From contig CAYLJV010000004.1 in the NCBI GenBank assembly GCA_964384105.1, positions 32,001 through 96,000 of the forward strand: 64,000 bases of DNA, written 5' to 3'. The first letter of the stretch is position 1. Every line of letters begins with the position of its first letter. Of this stretch, positions 1-9,557 are shown piece by piece. The notes below the pieces were generated by a model. The model saw only the letters and a list, made by a program, of their open reading frames with translations. It was not told the DNA's origin and made no database searches. The stretch comes from Candidatus Hadarchaeota archaeon. Its GTDB lineage: Archaea > Hadarchaeota > Hadarchaeia > Hadarchaeales > JAGGTB01. Both the position numbers and the translations under genes were made by a program.

Positions 1-504
1 CTTAAAAATGAAGGGATAAAGTGTTGGATGCTCACTGGTGATAATGAGGCTACCGCAAAGGCTGTTTCGGAGGAGCTTGGGCTTGATGGGTATTTTGCTG
101 GAGTGCTTCCCGATGAAAAACAGGAGAAGATAAAAGAATTGCAGGAGAAGGGGGAATTTGTTGCTATGACCGGGGATGGAGTCAATGACGCCCCGGCTCT
201 CGCTCAGGCTGATGTGGGAATTGCTATTGGTTCTGGCACGGATGTCGCTGCTGAGACCGCGGATATAATTCTCGTCGAAAGCAATTCTGCGGATGTTACC
301 AAGCTAATCCTGTTCGGAAATAAGACTCATAACAAGATGATTCAGAATTTATTCTGGGCTACGGGGTATAATGCCTTTGCGATTCCACTAGCTGCGGGTG
401 TAGCTGTTAGTTGGGGGATAATTCTACCACCGGCGATTGGCGCTTTGCTTATGTCTGTCAGTACTGTAATAGTGGCAATAAATGCTAGGTTACTAAGCCT
501 GTGA
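1..504 (+). CDS. copB: P1B-type heavy-metal (Cu) ATPase, C-terminal part (5' truncated by window)
   Basis: MLTGD, MTGDGVNDAPAL hinge, WATGYN and MSVST transmembrane motifs typical of CopB; frame open from base 1. Confidence 0.85.
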   Translation, partial: LKNEGIKCWMLTGDNEATAKAVSEELGLDGYFAGVLPDEKQEKIKELQEKGEFVAMTGDGVNDAPALAQADVGIAIGSGTDVAAETADIILVESNSADVTKLILFGNKTHNKMIQNLFWATGYNAFAIPLAAGVAVSWGIILPPAIGALLMSVSTVIVAINARLLSL

Positions 505-533
505 TTCGATCTAAGAACGTTTGCTCTGCTAAG

Positions 534-941
534 TTAGCGGATCGTTTCCTGCTTGCAGAATCCCTGCCCTTGTGATAGAGTTAGTCCCGTTGTTTCTCTC
601 GTGACCTTTATACTTTTTTTCGTTGTTTCACAATCCTCGGGATGTACAAACAACCATCCTTCTCGATCGAACCTTACACCGATGAGTGCATCGCATCCGA
701 ACTTTTCACAGAATTCTTTCAGTTTCTTTACTTCTTCTTTGTTGATGTAGACACATTTTTTTGAGCTAGACTTGGTTTCTATTCCTACTACAAAATCTCT
801 GTTGCTGGCTAGTATGTCTGGTTGGGGATGCTTTCTGCCGGAACCTGAAGCGGGTGATCTCATCACGGCGAAACCACTTCTCCATAGCAAGTTTACTAGC
901 TCTCTTTCTGCTCGACTTCCTTTTCCTATTTTGACCACCAA
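534..941 (-). CDS. hjc: Holliday junction resolvase Hjc
   Basis: KGSRAEREL...GFAVMRSPASG...PDILA...IETKS (PD-(D/E)xK) motifs. Confidence 0.92.
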   Translation of the reverse strand: MVVKIGKGSRAERELVNLLWRSGFAVMRSPASGSGRKHPQPDILASNRDFVVGIETKSSSKKCVYINKEEVKKLKEFCEKFGCDALIGVRFDREGWLFVHPEDCETTKKSIKVTRETTGLTLSQGQGFCKQETIR

Positions 942-1043
942 ACGTATGGTTTTAGTACTCGATTACTAAAGTTTCCTTATTTCTATGACAGTTTCTTTGT
1001 TTTCCTTAGGATTATTAGGCATGAATTATATAGATAAAAAGCG

Positions 1044-1271
1044 ATGGGACGATATTTAGTCATAGAAGAACCGAGGAGTAATAAATCGTATTTCTACAAT
1101 TTTGCCATTATCGAGGCTGAGGACGAGGAAGAGGCTGAATCAAAGTACTTAGGGAACATAGATGTTGATTTGGACAAGAACGATCTAAATATCTTTGATT
1201 TGAACTCAGTAGAACCAGATTTTTTCTATTACTTGGAAATCGATGAAGAGGAACTCGAAATTAGGAGATGA
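1044..1271 (+). CDS. small acidic hypothetical protein
   Basis: 75 aa ORF with ATG in an intergenic gap, TTATAT box upstream. Confidence 0.55.
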   Translation: MGRYLVIEEPRSNKSYFYNFAIIEAEDEEEAESKYLGNIDVDLDKNDLNIFDLNSVEPDFFYYLEIDEEELEIRR

Positions 1272-1384
1272 AGAATTACATCCGATTTTTGGTCGGCCGG
1301 TGGTGAGATTGTGAAGTGCTCCTTTTCTTTTTTTTAATTTTGGTACTCACTTTAATTAGGGATAAGAGCGATTATTAGTAGTAA

Positions 1385-4156
1385 ATGTTGAATCTTTCGG
1401 AGAGGGGTCAAACTCTATTTAGGTGGGTATTCTATGCGATCGTCGCTATCGCAGTGTTTATGTTAGTGGTATCCATAGTTTCAGGATTCATAATGGATTA
1501 TTATTGGTTCAGTTCTGTTGGTTATCTTCAGGTGTTCATGGTAAATCTTGAGTATCAACTGATACTCCTTTTTGTGGGCTGGTTAGTCACAACGATTTGT
1601 TTGCTTCATACTTGGCGCGGTATAAAGAAAAGGTTTGATGCCGATGTACCATTTATTGGAGATAAAGTATTCAAGGTTTTTTCTGTTTTGTTTGGTCTCG
1701 GTATTGGGTGGTGGTTTAAAGGAGAGTATATGACCGTTCTTAAATTTTTGAATCGGGCTTCATGGGGTGTTACTGATCCTGTTTTCGGAAATGATATCTC
1801 GTTTTATATTTTTACTCTTCCTTTCATTAAAACTGCTTTAACTTTTGTTGCTGTGGTCTCGGTAGTTGTTCTTTTTGTTTCAGTTTTCTCATATGGAATA
1901 TTGAGATCGGGACTTCGGAAGGAAGAAGAGGAGTTTGAATTAGAGGAGAGAGAGCCATTATCGGATGTTTTTGATTTCTTGAGATCGTGGCCTATCTCGG
2001 GCTCGATTATTTCTCTGACTGCGGTTGGAGCTATTTCCGTCTGGCTCGGTCGTTATTCTTATCTGTGGGAGTTTAATCCTGGTGCGCAGGTGCCTACAGG
2101 CGCAGCTTATATGGCTACTCACTATCTTATTCCATATGCATGGGTCAAGGCTTTCGGAATTATTTTGCTTGGATACATATTTTTATATGTTTTACGAAAT
2201 GCTGAGGAGCTTCGTTATAGACTGGATGTGAGCGGTTTATTCTCTCTGAAAAAAGTAGTTTCAATTGTATTGGCAATAATTGTGATATTTGCGATAGTTC
2301 CCGGTGCGGTTTTCGGCGCTATAGATACATTCAATGTTCAGCCGAATGAACCGGGTATTGAAAGGCCTTACTTAGAGAGAACTATAGAGTATACCAATAA
2401 GGCATACGGCCTAGACGGTATTTTTGAGATTCCGTACACTGTAACTTCAGAAAATTTGGGTGTTGAGGAAGCTCTTAATAGCCCTACTGTAAAAAACGCC
2501 AGAATAGTCGATTATAGGCCTGTTAAAGTTACCTATGAACAGAAGCAGAGATTGAGGACTTATTACGAGTTCCCAGATGTGGACGTGGATAGATATAGGA
2601 CAGAAGATGGTAAGAAACTGGCCGTTATTAGTGCACGAGAGATGGTTGTTAGAGACAGTAGCTGGCAAAATCGACATCTCTTCTTCACCCATGGTTTTGG
2701 TGCAGTGGTATCGCCTGCTAGTGAGAAAGAACCTGATGGGTCTCCAGTTTTAACTGTACGGGATATACCACCCGTTAGCGATTGGGATGTTACCGATATT
2801 CAAGAGCCCAGAGTTTACTTTGGAGAGAGAACCGACGATTATGCTATAGTTAGGGCTGAAGGACTTGACGAGTTTGATTACCCGCTGGGTGAAAATAATG
2901 TTCAGTATAGGTACGAATATGACAGCGGAATACCACTCGATAGTGCTTGGAAGAAGTTAATCGGCTGGTTCTATACGGGTGATTTCAATATGATCGTTTC
3001 TGATTACGTTGGAGAAGAATCTAAACTTTTATTACACAGAAACGTCCACGATCGTGTCAAAAAAATTGCACCTTTCTTGAGGTTCGATCCGAACGCTCAC
3101 CTTTTTGTTGGAGCAGATAAAGATTTGAACTATCTTCTAAATGGAATCACGTGGGCCGAGAAGTATCCTTACTCTTACTCGGACGGAACTGCACCAGGAT
3201 ATCTATCTGATAGCGTGAAGACATTTGTGAAAGCAAATACTGGAAAGGTCGATTTCTATATGGTCGATGAGGATGATCCTGTGGCGGAAGTTTACTCAAA
3301 TATTTATCCCGATCTTTTCCACGAAGGCGAAGAGATGTCCGAAGACTTCCGAGAGCATTTGATCTATCCAGAAAGTCTCTTCGATGTTCAGATGAATATT
3401 TTCAGGAGATATCATATGATGGATTATCAGGCTTTTTACCAAAAGGAGGATATGTGGACTTCTGCGGAGGAAAGATACCACGGTTCGACCAAGAGAGTGG
3501 AGGCCTATAACATCTTTTTGGACGTTAATGGCTACTCAGGATTCGAGAGAAATGAAGAGGAGTTCACTCTAGTACAGCCTTTCACCCCGGAAGGAAAGCA
3601 GAATATGAGGGCGTGGGTTGGAGTCTCCCAGGACCCCACTAACTATGGGAAGATTATGGCGTTAATGTTCTCGAAAGGAGAGCTAATAAGAGGCCCGATG
3701 CAGATCGAGTCTATAATCGACCAGCAGGAGGAGATATCACAACAGTTTTCCCTCTGGGATCGAGCCGGAAGCCAGGTTTTACGAGGTAATCTGTTAGTTC
3801 TACCGGTTGGGGGTGATGTGCTATATATCGAGCCGATTTATCTCAGCGCTGAGACGGCTCCTTATCCTCAGTTGAAGAGAGTTATATCTGTTTATGGTGA
3901 TACTGCTGCGATGGCAGATAATCTGGAAAGTGCAGTCATCGCATCTTTAGGTGAGATACCACTCACTAGACCGCCTGTGGGTGATAATATTATTGTCGGA
4001 GAACTTGCGAGAGTAGTCGATGACTATCTAGACCTTAATAGTGAATATCGTAGATTAATCGCCGAGAATAGGTATGCTCGAGCAGGACAGATAAGAGAAG
4101 AAATGTTAGAACTTGAGAGGAGAATGGCGGAGCTTTTGCGTGGGGAAGATAGGTAG
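1385..4156 (+). CDS. UPF0182 (COG1615) membrane protein
   Basis: WFSSVGY, DPVFGNDISFYIFTLP, YYEFPDVDVDRY, HLFFTHGFG, PRVYFGE, GNLLVLPV..LYIEPIY motifs. Confidence 0.92.
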   Translation: MLNLSERGQTLFRWVFYAIVAIAVFMLVVSIVSGFIMDYYWFSSVGYLQVFMVNLEYQLILLFVGWLVTTICLLHTWRGIKKRFDADVPFIGDKVFKVFSVLFGLGIGWWFKGEYMTVLKFLNRASWGVTDPVFGNDISFYIFTLPFIKTALTFVAVVSVVVLFVSVFSYGILRSGLRKEEEEFELEEREPLSDVFDFLRSWPISGSIISLTAVGAISVWLGRYSYLWEFNPGAQVPTGAAYMATHYLIPYAWVKAFGIILLGYIFLYVLRNAEELRYRLDVSGLFSLKKVVSIVLAIIVIFAIVPGAVFGAIDTFNVQPNEPGIERPYLERTIEYTNKAYGLDGIFEIPYTVTSENLGVEEALNSPTVKNARIVDYRPVKVTYEQKQRLRTYYEFPDVDVDRYRTEDGKKLAVISAREMVVRDSSWQNRHLFFTHGFGAVVSPASEKEPDGSPVLTVRDIPPVSDWDVTDIQEPRVYFGERTDDYAIVRAEGLDEFDYPLGENNVQYRYEYDSGIPLDSAWKKLIGWFYTGDFNMIVSDYVGEESKLLLHRNVHDRVKKIAPFLRFDPNAHLFVGADKDLNYLLNGITWAEKYPYSYSDGTAPGYLSDSVKTFVKANTGKVDFYMVDEDDPVAEVYSNIYPDLFHEGEEMSEDFREHLIYPESLFDVQMNIFRRYHMMDYQAFYQKEDMWTSAEERYHGSTKRVEAYNIFLDVNGYSGFERNEEEFTLVQPFTPEGKQNMRAWVGVSQDPTNYGKIMALMFSKGELIRGPMQIESIIDQQEEISQQFSLWDRAGSQVLRGNLLVLPVGGDVLYIEPIYLSAETAPYPQLKRVISVYGDTAAMADNLESAVIASLGEIPLTRPPVGDNIIVGELARVVDDYLDLNSEYRRLIAENRYARAGQIREEMLELERRMAELLRGEDR

Positions 4157-4166
4157 TTATCTACAA

Positions 4167-5315
4167 CTACTTTTTCTGGTTAAGCTTCATCCTCAAGATT
4201 ACTGTGGCGATCACGACACTTCCCATGAGGGGTACTAGTGTCCACATTCCGGTTTTCAAACTGTAGTGATCGGCAATCACGCCGATTAGAGCTGGGAATA
4301 CCGAGATTCCTATAGCGGAAGAAGTCATTGCGAGCCCGTTAACCGGCCCGCTGTACTGCGGATAGGAGCCGGTTGTTAGTGATAGGATATTCGGAAAATT
4401 TCCTGAGATGAAGAAGCCCACGGAAAAAATGCATATTACCGATATGATTTCGGAGCTTAGGAAGAGTGCCAGGAAAATTAGGAGGGTCGATATTGCCGAA
4501 TTCCAGATAACTAAGCTTGTGTAACCTGTTTTTTCGGCGATTCTGCTGTAAAGTATCCTTCCAGGAACATAAGCTGCTAAAAACCCGGAGAGTACTATAT
4601 TTGCAAAGTTTTCGGAAAAGAATCCGCTCATGTAGTATGGTAACCATATAAAGAATCCGCCTTCCACCCCGCCGTTGAGAAAGATTATGACTATCATTCC
4701 GAGTATTGGGGCACTTTTCCAGATTCTTCGAAGGCCTTTTAACGAAAGCGGTTTTTCTCTCTTGAAGCTGGGTAGTTCCGTTTTCCACATTATTAGGAAC
4801 AGTGGTATGCATATCAGGCCCAGCAAATAGTAGACAATTCTCCAGCTTCCAAACTTCAGGATTAAACTTGCAAGGAGAGGTCCTGAAGCCGCTCCGGCTC
4901 CCCAGGCGGCAGCGTTCAGATTGTATATCCAGCCCGTTCGATTTGGGTAAAGGTGATTGAGAGTAGGCCTGTCCAGACCTCTGAAGATACCGCTGCCGAT
5001 TCCCGTTCCAACCAAGAAAAGTAGTAACAGGTAGTAATGAGTCGAAAATCCTGTGAATATCAGAAATATTGAGACTATCCCTACTCCTAGAAGGAGAAAT
5101 TTTTTGATTCTTACTCTCCCAGAGGCCATACCCATGGCCAAAACGGTGGCAATGAATCCGACTGACCCGGCGGGAGCAATGAGGCCCAATAAACTCTTGG
5201 AGACCAAAAAAGTTTCCTGAAAATGAGATAGCAGAGGGCCTCTTACTTGCATCGCTGCTGCTCCGATTCCTACAAATAAGAACATGCACAGTGTCCAAAT
5301 TTTCCTGTTCCTAAT
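4167..5315 (-). CDS. MFS transporter
   Basis: About 12 hydrophobic segments; first ATG at 5285, probable true start ATT at 5315 downstream of AGGAGG. Confidence 0.85.
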   Translation of the reverse strand: MRNRKIWTLCMFLFVGIGAAAMQVRGPLLSHFQETFLVSKSLLGLIAPAGSVGFIATVLAMGMASGRVRIKKFLLLGVGIVSIFLIFTGFSTHYYLLLLFLVGTGIGSGIFRGLDRPTLNHLYPNRTGWIYNLNAAAWGAGAASGPLLASLILKFGSWRIVYYLLGLICIPLFLIMWKTELPSFKREKPLSLKGLRRIWKSAPILGMIVIIFLNGGVEGGFFIWLPYYMSGFFSENFANIVLSGFLAAYVPGRILYSRIAEKTGYTSLVIWNSAISTLLIFLALFLSSEIISVICIFSVGFFISGNFPNILSLTTGSYPQYSGPVNGLAMTSSAIGISVFPALIGVIADHYSLKTGMWTLVPLMGSVVIATVILRMKLNQKK

Positions 5316-5467
5316 TCTATCAATCCTCCTTTGTAGAGGGTTTTCTAAGAGGTCTTGGAAGCAATATATCTCTGATTATATTAACTAATTCGGTTTGCGA
5401 AATTGGGTTCTAGAAGGCAAAACCTTAAACTTTCAGATGCGTATTTTGGAAGAGCGAGGAGATAAAC

Positions 5468-6427
5468 TTGGTGGGAATAAAAGAGTTACATAGATTTTTT
5501 GTTCAAGAGGGGATCAAAGAGGACCCTCGGGGAGAAGATAGGATCGAGGAACAGCTGAAGAAAAGAAAAGAAAAATTTGGGGAGTTAGAAGGTGTGAGAA
5601 AGGAGGCCTACGACAAAGATAGGCTGGATAATCCCTTTGATGACACTAAAGTGCTTTTTGATTCTGGTAACGAGTTATCAAAAATTGCTGTTGGAATAGA
5701 CATGGAAGTCCAAGAACTTCTTCTTCTGGACAGGTTGAATGAAAAAGACGAAGGAATAGATGGTGTTATCAGTCATCATCCTGAGGGTATAGCTCTGGCT
5801 AGGCTCCATGAGGTTATGGGGCTGCAGATAGATGTTCTCTCCGAAGGCGGTATTCCCATATCGCAGGCAGAAGCCTTAGTTCGGCCAAGGTCTGATGAGA
5901 TCAAGAAAGCCGTTCATCCCAGAAACCACCCTAGAACCCCCACGGCCGCCGAATTGTTGGGATTCCAATATATGACTCTACACACACCGGCCGACAATCA
6001 CGCTTACAATTTTGTTGATGAGTACCTTTCTGAGAAGAATCCCGAAACTTTGGAAGATGTTGTATCGACTTTGCTTGAGATCCCAGAATATGAGTGGTCC
6101 CTAAAGTATGGTATGGAACCTCAGATCCACTCGGGAAAAGATAGTAACAGGGCTGGAAAAATTGGAGTTTTTGGATTTACAGGTGGAACCGATTTGGGTG
6201 AGGATGTGATTAAGAAAATGGCGGAATCCGGAATAGATACACTAGTTGCCATGCATGCTCCGAAAGATCAGATAAAGAAGGCGGACGAATACAACATAAA
6301 CATAGTAACTGCGGGTCATATGCCATCAGACTCTCTAGGATTGAATTTACTCTTGGATAAAGCGGAAGAGAAGTTCGATGTTGATTTCTTTGACATGTCT
6401 GGTTTTAAGAGAGTAAAAAGAGTTTAG
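5468..6427 (+). CDS. NIF3-family (NGG1p-interacting factor 3-like) metal-binding protein
   Basis: GIDME, SHHPEG, HTPADNH, AGHMPSDSLG motifs. Confidence 0.85.
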   Translation: MVGIKELHRFFVQEGIKEDPRGEDRIEEQLKKRKEKFGELEGVRKEAYDKDRLDNPFDDTKVLFDSGNELSKIAVGIDMEVQELLLLDRLNEKDEGIDGVISHHPEGIALARLHEVMGLQIDVLSEGGIPISQAEALVRPRSDEIKKAVHPRNHPRTPTAAELLGFQYMTLHTPADNHAYNFVDEYLSEKNPETLEDVVSTLLEIPEYEWSLKYGMEPQIHSGKDSNRAGKIGVFGFTGGTDLGEDVIKKMAESGIDTLVAMHAPKDQIKKADEYNINIVTAGHMPSDSLGLNLLLDKAEEKFDVDFFDMSGFKRVKRV

Positions 6428-6572
6428 TTTAATTTTTCTTGCTTTCCAACATTTTCTCTGTTTTATCATTTTTCGGTTGGAACTCTTTTTCCCCTTTATA
6501 GAAGATTTGAATGGATATATTTACAAAATTTCGGAACTTTCCCCAGATTTAAATAAACTGAGGATAAAATGA

Positions 6573-7505
6573 GTGAGGCTGATGAAAATGAGGGTTATAA
6601 AGAGATTAATTCTCATAATTACGGTCTTGGCACTTGCTTTTTCCCTTATCCCCCATTCCTTGGGAGATACTATCAGTGGACAGGCAGAGGTCGGTAATTC
6701 AATGCCTCGCTTAGTTGGAGTAGATGTGTCCGGTTCTATGGTTGATCCCGAGAGTTCTTTTACTGTTCGAACTGAGATCAGTGATAACAATACTCTGGGA
6801 GATATTGACAACGTAATCTTGAAAGTCTATGAGAATACTTTTGCTCATACAGATTCTGATGATAAGAGAAATCACTACACCTTTTGGTTTGACCCGTCGG
6901 ATAATACTTGGCATAGCGGGGTAGGGGCGAATATTATTGGTGATCCATTTATAGATTCCACTAATTCTACATATCCCACAGATTTAGGCGTAAATCAAGA
7001 TAATTACAATTTTGTAATCCGACTTAATGGAACTGCGAGCCCATCTAACTGGAATGTGTACGCGGAGGTTATTGATTCACAATCCGATACAGATGATCTC
7101 GAGAAGGGCAACGAGTTTTCGGTGAATAATTACGTAAGCTATAGCATTGGTATTGACACCATTTGCTGGTCAGACTTAGAACCTGATAGTAATACTAATC
7201 CTTCAGATAACAATCCAGTTCAAGTAGATGACATTGAAACGAATGTGAGGTTTGATGTTCAGAATAAGCTGGATAATGATTGGGCTTGTGGTGCTGATAC
7301 AATTGACATAGGTAATACAATGTATGCTAGTTCTGACGGTAGTGGCGAATCGGGATTTGCTAGTATGGCTTTTTCCAATATTTTTGAAAACCAAAATTAT
7401 GGAGAAAATCTAAGCAGGGGAATAAACTATTATCTTGATGTGCCATCGGATTGTTCACCGGGGACGTATACGAATACTTTCATTATCGAAGTAAGTGAAA
7501 CCTAA
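6573..7505 (+). CDS. secreted beta-rich surface protein
   Basis: N-terminal signal peptide; D/N/S/T-rich; C-terminal LDVP...GTYTNTF motif. Confidence 0.7.
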   Translation: MRLMKMRVIKRLILIITVLALAFSLIPHSLGDTISGQAEVGNSMPRLVGVDVSGSMVDPESSFTVRTEISDNNTLGDIDNVILKVYENTFAHTDSDDKRNHYTFWFDPSDNTWHSGVGANIIGDPFIDSTNSTYPTDLGVNQDNYNFVIRLNGTASPSNWNVYAEVIDSQSDTDDLEKGNEFSVNNYVSYSIGIDTICWSDLEPDSNTNPSDNNPVQVDDIETNVRFDVQNKLDNDWACGADTIDIGNTMYASSDGSGESGFASMAFSNIFENQNYGENLSRGINYYLDVPSDCSPGTYTNTFIIEVSET

Positions 7506-7561
7506 TTCCCAAGTTACGATAATGGACGGAGGCTTCTTTAATTCTAGCTAAGAGTGAGAAA

Positions 7562-8152
7562 ATGAAGATTTTTGCTGTACTTTTCTCCTTATTTCTCTTG
7601 GTTACTTTTATTCCCATTTCTGAGTCGAATAGAATCACAGTCACTTATCCTTCAGGAACCGATGATTTAACTATAAAAACTGGAGAAATCACAGAAATAG
7701 AAATTCACCTTTACAATAAAAACGAGAACCACTCATTAAGAGCTAATCTGACTTCCTCGTCTTTGAATAATATCTCTCTTTCATTTAGTGAAAATATCGT
7801 ACTGCCACCTGATAGTATGAGTGAGGTGATTCTGGAGTTAAGTTCCGAGGAAGTAAAGACTTTCTCTGGAGAGGTTCACGTGGAGTTTCTTGAATTGGAG
7901 AATGATTTTTCTTCTGATGCTGGTGGAAATGTCATAGCGGGTTCTTCTATCCCGATCGGCGGAGAAATAGTAGTGGAGCCTCGTGAGAGTTCGTTTAAAA
8001 TAACTCTATCCACTCTTTTCAAAATAATCTTGCCGATTTTATCCTTGTTGGTAGCTATTCTTATTTTTAAGAGAAGATTTGGGGGAAGGTCCTCTCCATG
8101 GAGGAGGTTCTCAGCCGCGAGTCCGATTGCAGGTTTCCGAAAATATAACTAG
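7562..8152 (+). CDS. secreted Ig-like protein with C-terminal membrane anchor
   Basis: Signal peptide, beta-rich body, C-terminal TM helix followed by KRR. Confidence 0.65.
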   Translation: MKIFAVLFSLFLLVTFIPISESNRITVTYPSGTDDLTIKTGEITEIEIHLYNKNENHSLRANLTSSSLNNISLSFSENIVLPPDSMSEVILELSSEEVKTFSGEVHVEFLELENDFSSDAGGNVIAGSSIPIGGEIVVEPRESSFKITLSTLFKIILPILSLLVAILIFKRRFGGRSSPWRRFSAASPIAGFRKYN

Positions 8153-8186
8153 CAAAAATTTAAAATCTTGAACCAAGTAATTCGTC

Positions 8187-8942
8187 TTGGGGATCTTTTT
8201 GGCGGATATAGAAATTGTTGAGAAGAAAAAGCCGAAAGAGGGGTCTACTTTAATATTGGCTTTTCCGGACGTCGGATTGGTAGGTCCAATATCCATTAGA
8301 CAGATGATAAAGGACCTTGATATGACCGAGATTGGCCATATAACCTCTGATGACTTTCCACCCATCTCAGCTGTTCACAATGCTAGACCGACCCACCCAG
8401 TTAAAATATACGAATCAAATGGGTTTATCGTACTTTCTTCGGAAATTCCTATCTCTCCAGATCTAATCGCTCCACTTTCCAAATCTTTAGATAATTGGAT
8501 CAACCAAATAAAACCGAAAAGAATCTACATAATAGGCGGACTTCCACATCAGAACAGATCAGAAGTTGATAAACCGGAGGTTCACGGAGTTCCGGCTAAC
8601 GAGGAGATGGAGAAGCTACTGGAGGATAACGAACTACATGTCATCCAAGAGGGATTTATTACCGGAATAAATGGTGTGATCCTGAGGAACTTCGCTGACG
8701 ATAATTTACCAGGGGTATATTTGATGGCAGAGGCCCATAAGAATTACCCTGATCCAGGTGCTGCTGCATCGGTGCTAGAGACGCTTTCTACTCTGACTGA
8801 TCTCGAAATAGATGTCGAGGAATTGAGAAAGAAGGAGGAGGAAATAAGATTGGCGGCTAGAGACCTTATGCGTCAGACTCAAAAAGCTATGAAACAGTCG
8901 TCCAAGGACCAAGAAGAGGAGATACCTATGATGTATGGGTGA
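8187..8942 (+). CDS. proteasome assembly chaperone (PAC2 family)
   Basis: FPDVGLVGPI, GFITGINGVIL, YPDPGAAA motifs. Confidence 0.88.
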   Translation: MGIFLADIEIVEKKKPKEGSTLILAFPDVGLVGPISIRQMIKDLDMTEIGHITSDDFPPISAVHNARPTHPVKIYESNGFIVLSSEIPISPDLIAPLSKSLDNWINQIKPKRIYIIGGLPHQNRSEVDKPEVHGVPANEEMEKLLEDNELHVIQEGFITGINGVILRNFADDNLPGVYLMAEAHKNYPDPGAAASVLETLSTLTDLEIDVEELRKKEEEIRLAARDLMRQTQKAMKQSSKDQEEEIPMMYG

Positions 8943-9304
8943 TCGGAATGTTTGACAGGAAAAATTTGAGTTGGGATATTGAAAAGAGAAGTTTGGATCC
9001 ATTGGTTCATGTTCGAGAAAGCGATGATGAAGTAATAGTTACTGCGGACCTTCCGTGTGTAAAAAAGGAGGATGTAGAACTTTATATTGAAGAGAGATCT
9101 CTGGCCATAAAAGCAAAGATGAAGAAAGAGATGAGATTCGAGAGTTGGGGCGGCGTTCATAGAAAGTATAAATTCAATAGCTTTCGTAAAAGTATCACCC
9201 TCCCTGCTAGGATCGACCCAGAGAAAGTCGAGGCAGAGTTTAAAAAGTGTATGTTGAAGGTTACGCTCAAGAAAAAGAAGCCCAAGTCGATCAGAATCGA
9301 GTAG
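8939..9304 (+). CDS. Hsp20/alpha-crystallin small heat-shock protein
   Basis: PLVHVRE..VIVTADLPCV, ITLP.RIDPEKVEAEF...LKVTL. Confidence 0.88.
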   Translation: MIGMFDRKNLSWDIEKRSLDPLVHVRESDDEVIVTADLPCVKKEDVELYIEERSLAIKAKMKKEMRFESWGGVHRKYKFNSFRKSITLPARIDPEKVEAEFKKCMLKVTLKKKKPKSIRIE

Positions 9305-9380
9305 ATTTGCCTTTTTATCTTTAAATTTTTATTTTTTTAGCGCAGGTTTTTAGTGTAAGAAATAAAAACAGTGTAGTCGT

Positions 9381-9514
9381 GCGGGGGTGCCCGAGCTTGG
9401 TCGAAGGGGCCGGTGTGAAGGATGAATGTCCTTCGCGGCTAAACTTAAGATCTCTCGTAGATAGGCCATCCGGTGGCCGTAGGGCCTTCGTGGGTTCGAT
9501 TCCCACCCCCCGCA
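9381..9514 (+). tRNA. tRNA-Leu(UAA) with two introns (9414-9442 at position 30/31; 9450-9467 at 37/38)
   Basis: GCGGGGG/CCCCCGC acceptor stem, GTTCGATTC T-loop, long variable arm; removing both inserts restores CCGGA-CTTAAGA-TCCGG; both inserts fold into BHB motifs. Confidence 0.92.
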
Positions 9515-9557
9515 TATCCCTTCAATTCAAAAAATTGGTTCTTTGTTTAGAAGGATA

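Noticed and set aside
1385-1450. Class III signal peptide (ERGQ) on the UPF0182 protein
   Set aside because: No +5 acidic residue and the family is a polytopic membrane protein; likely chance.
4339-5298. 319-aa ORF overlapping the MFS gene
   Set aside because: Alternative frame with no protein-like features; the MFS frame is clearly the real gene.
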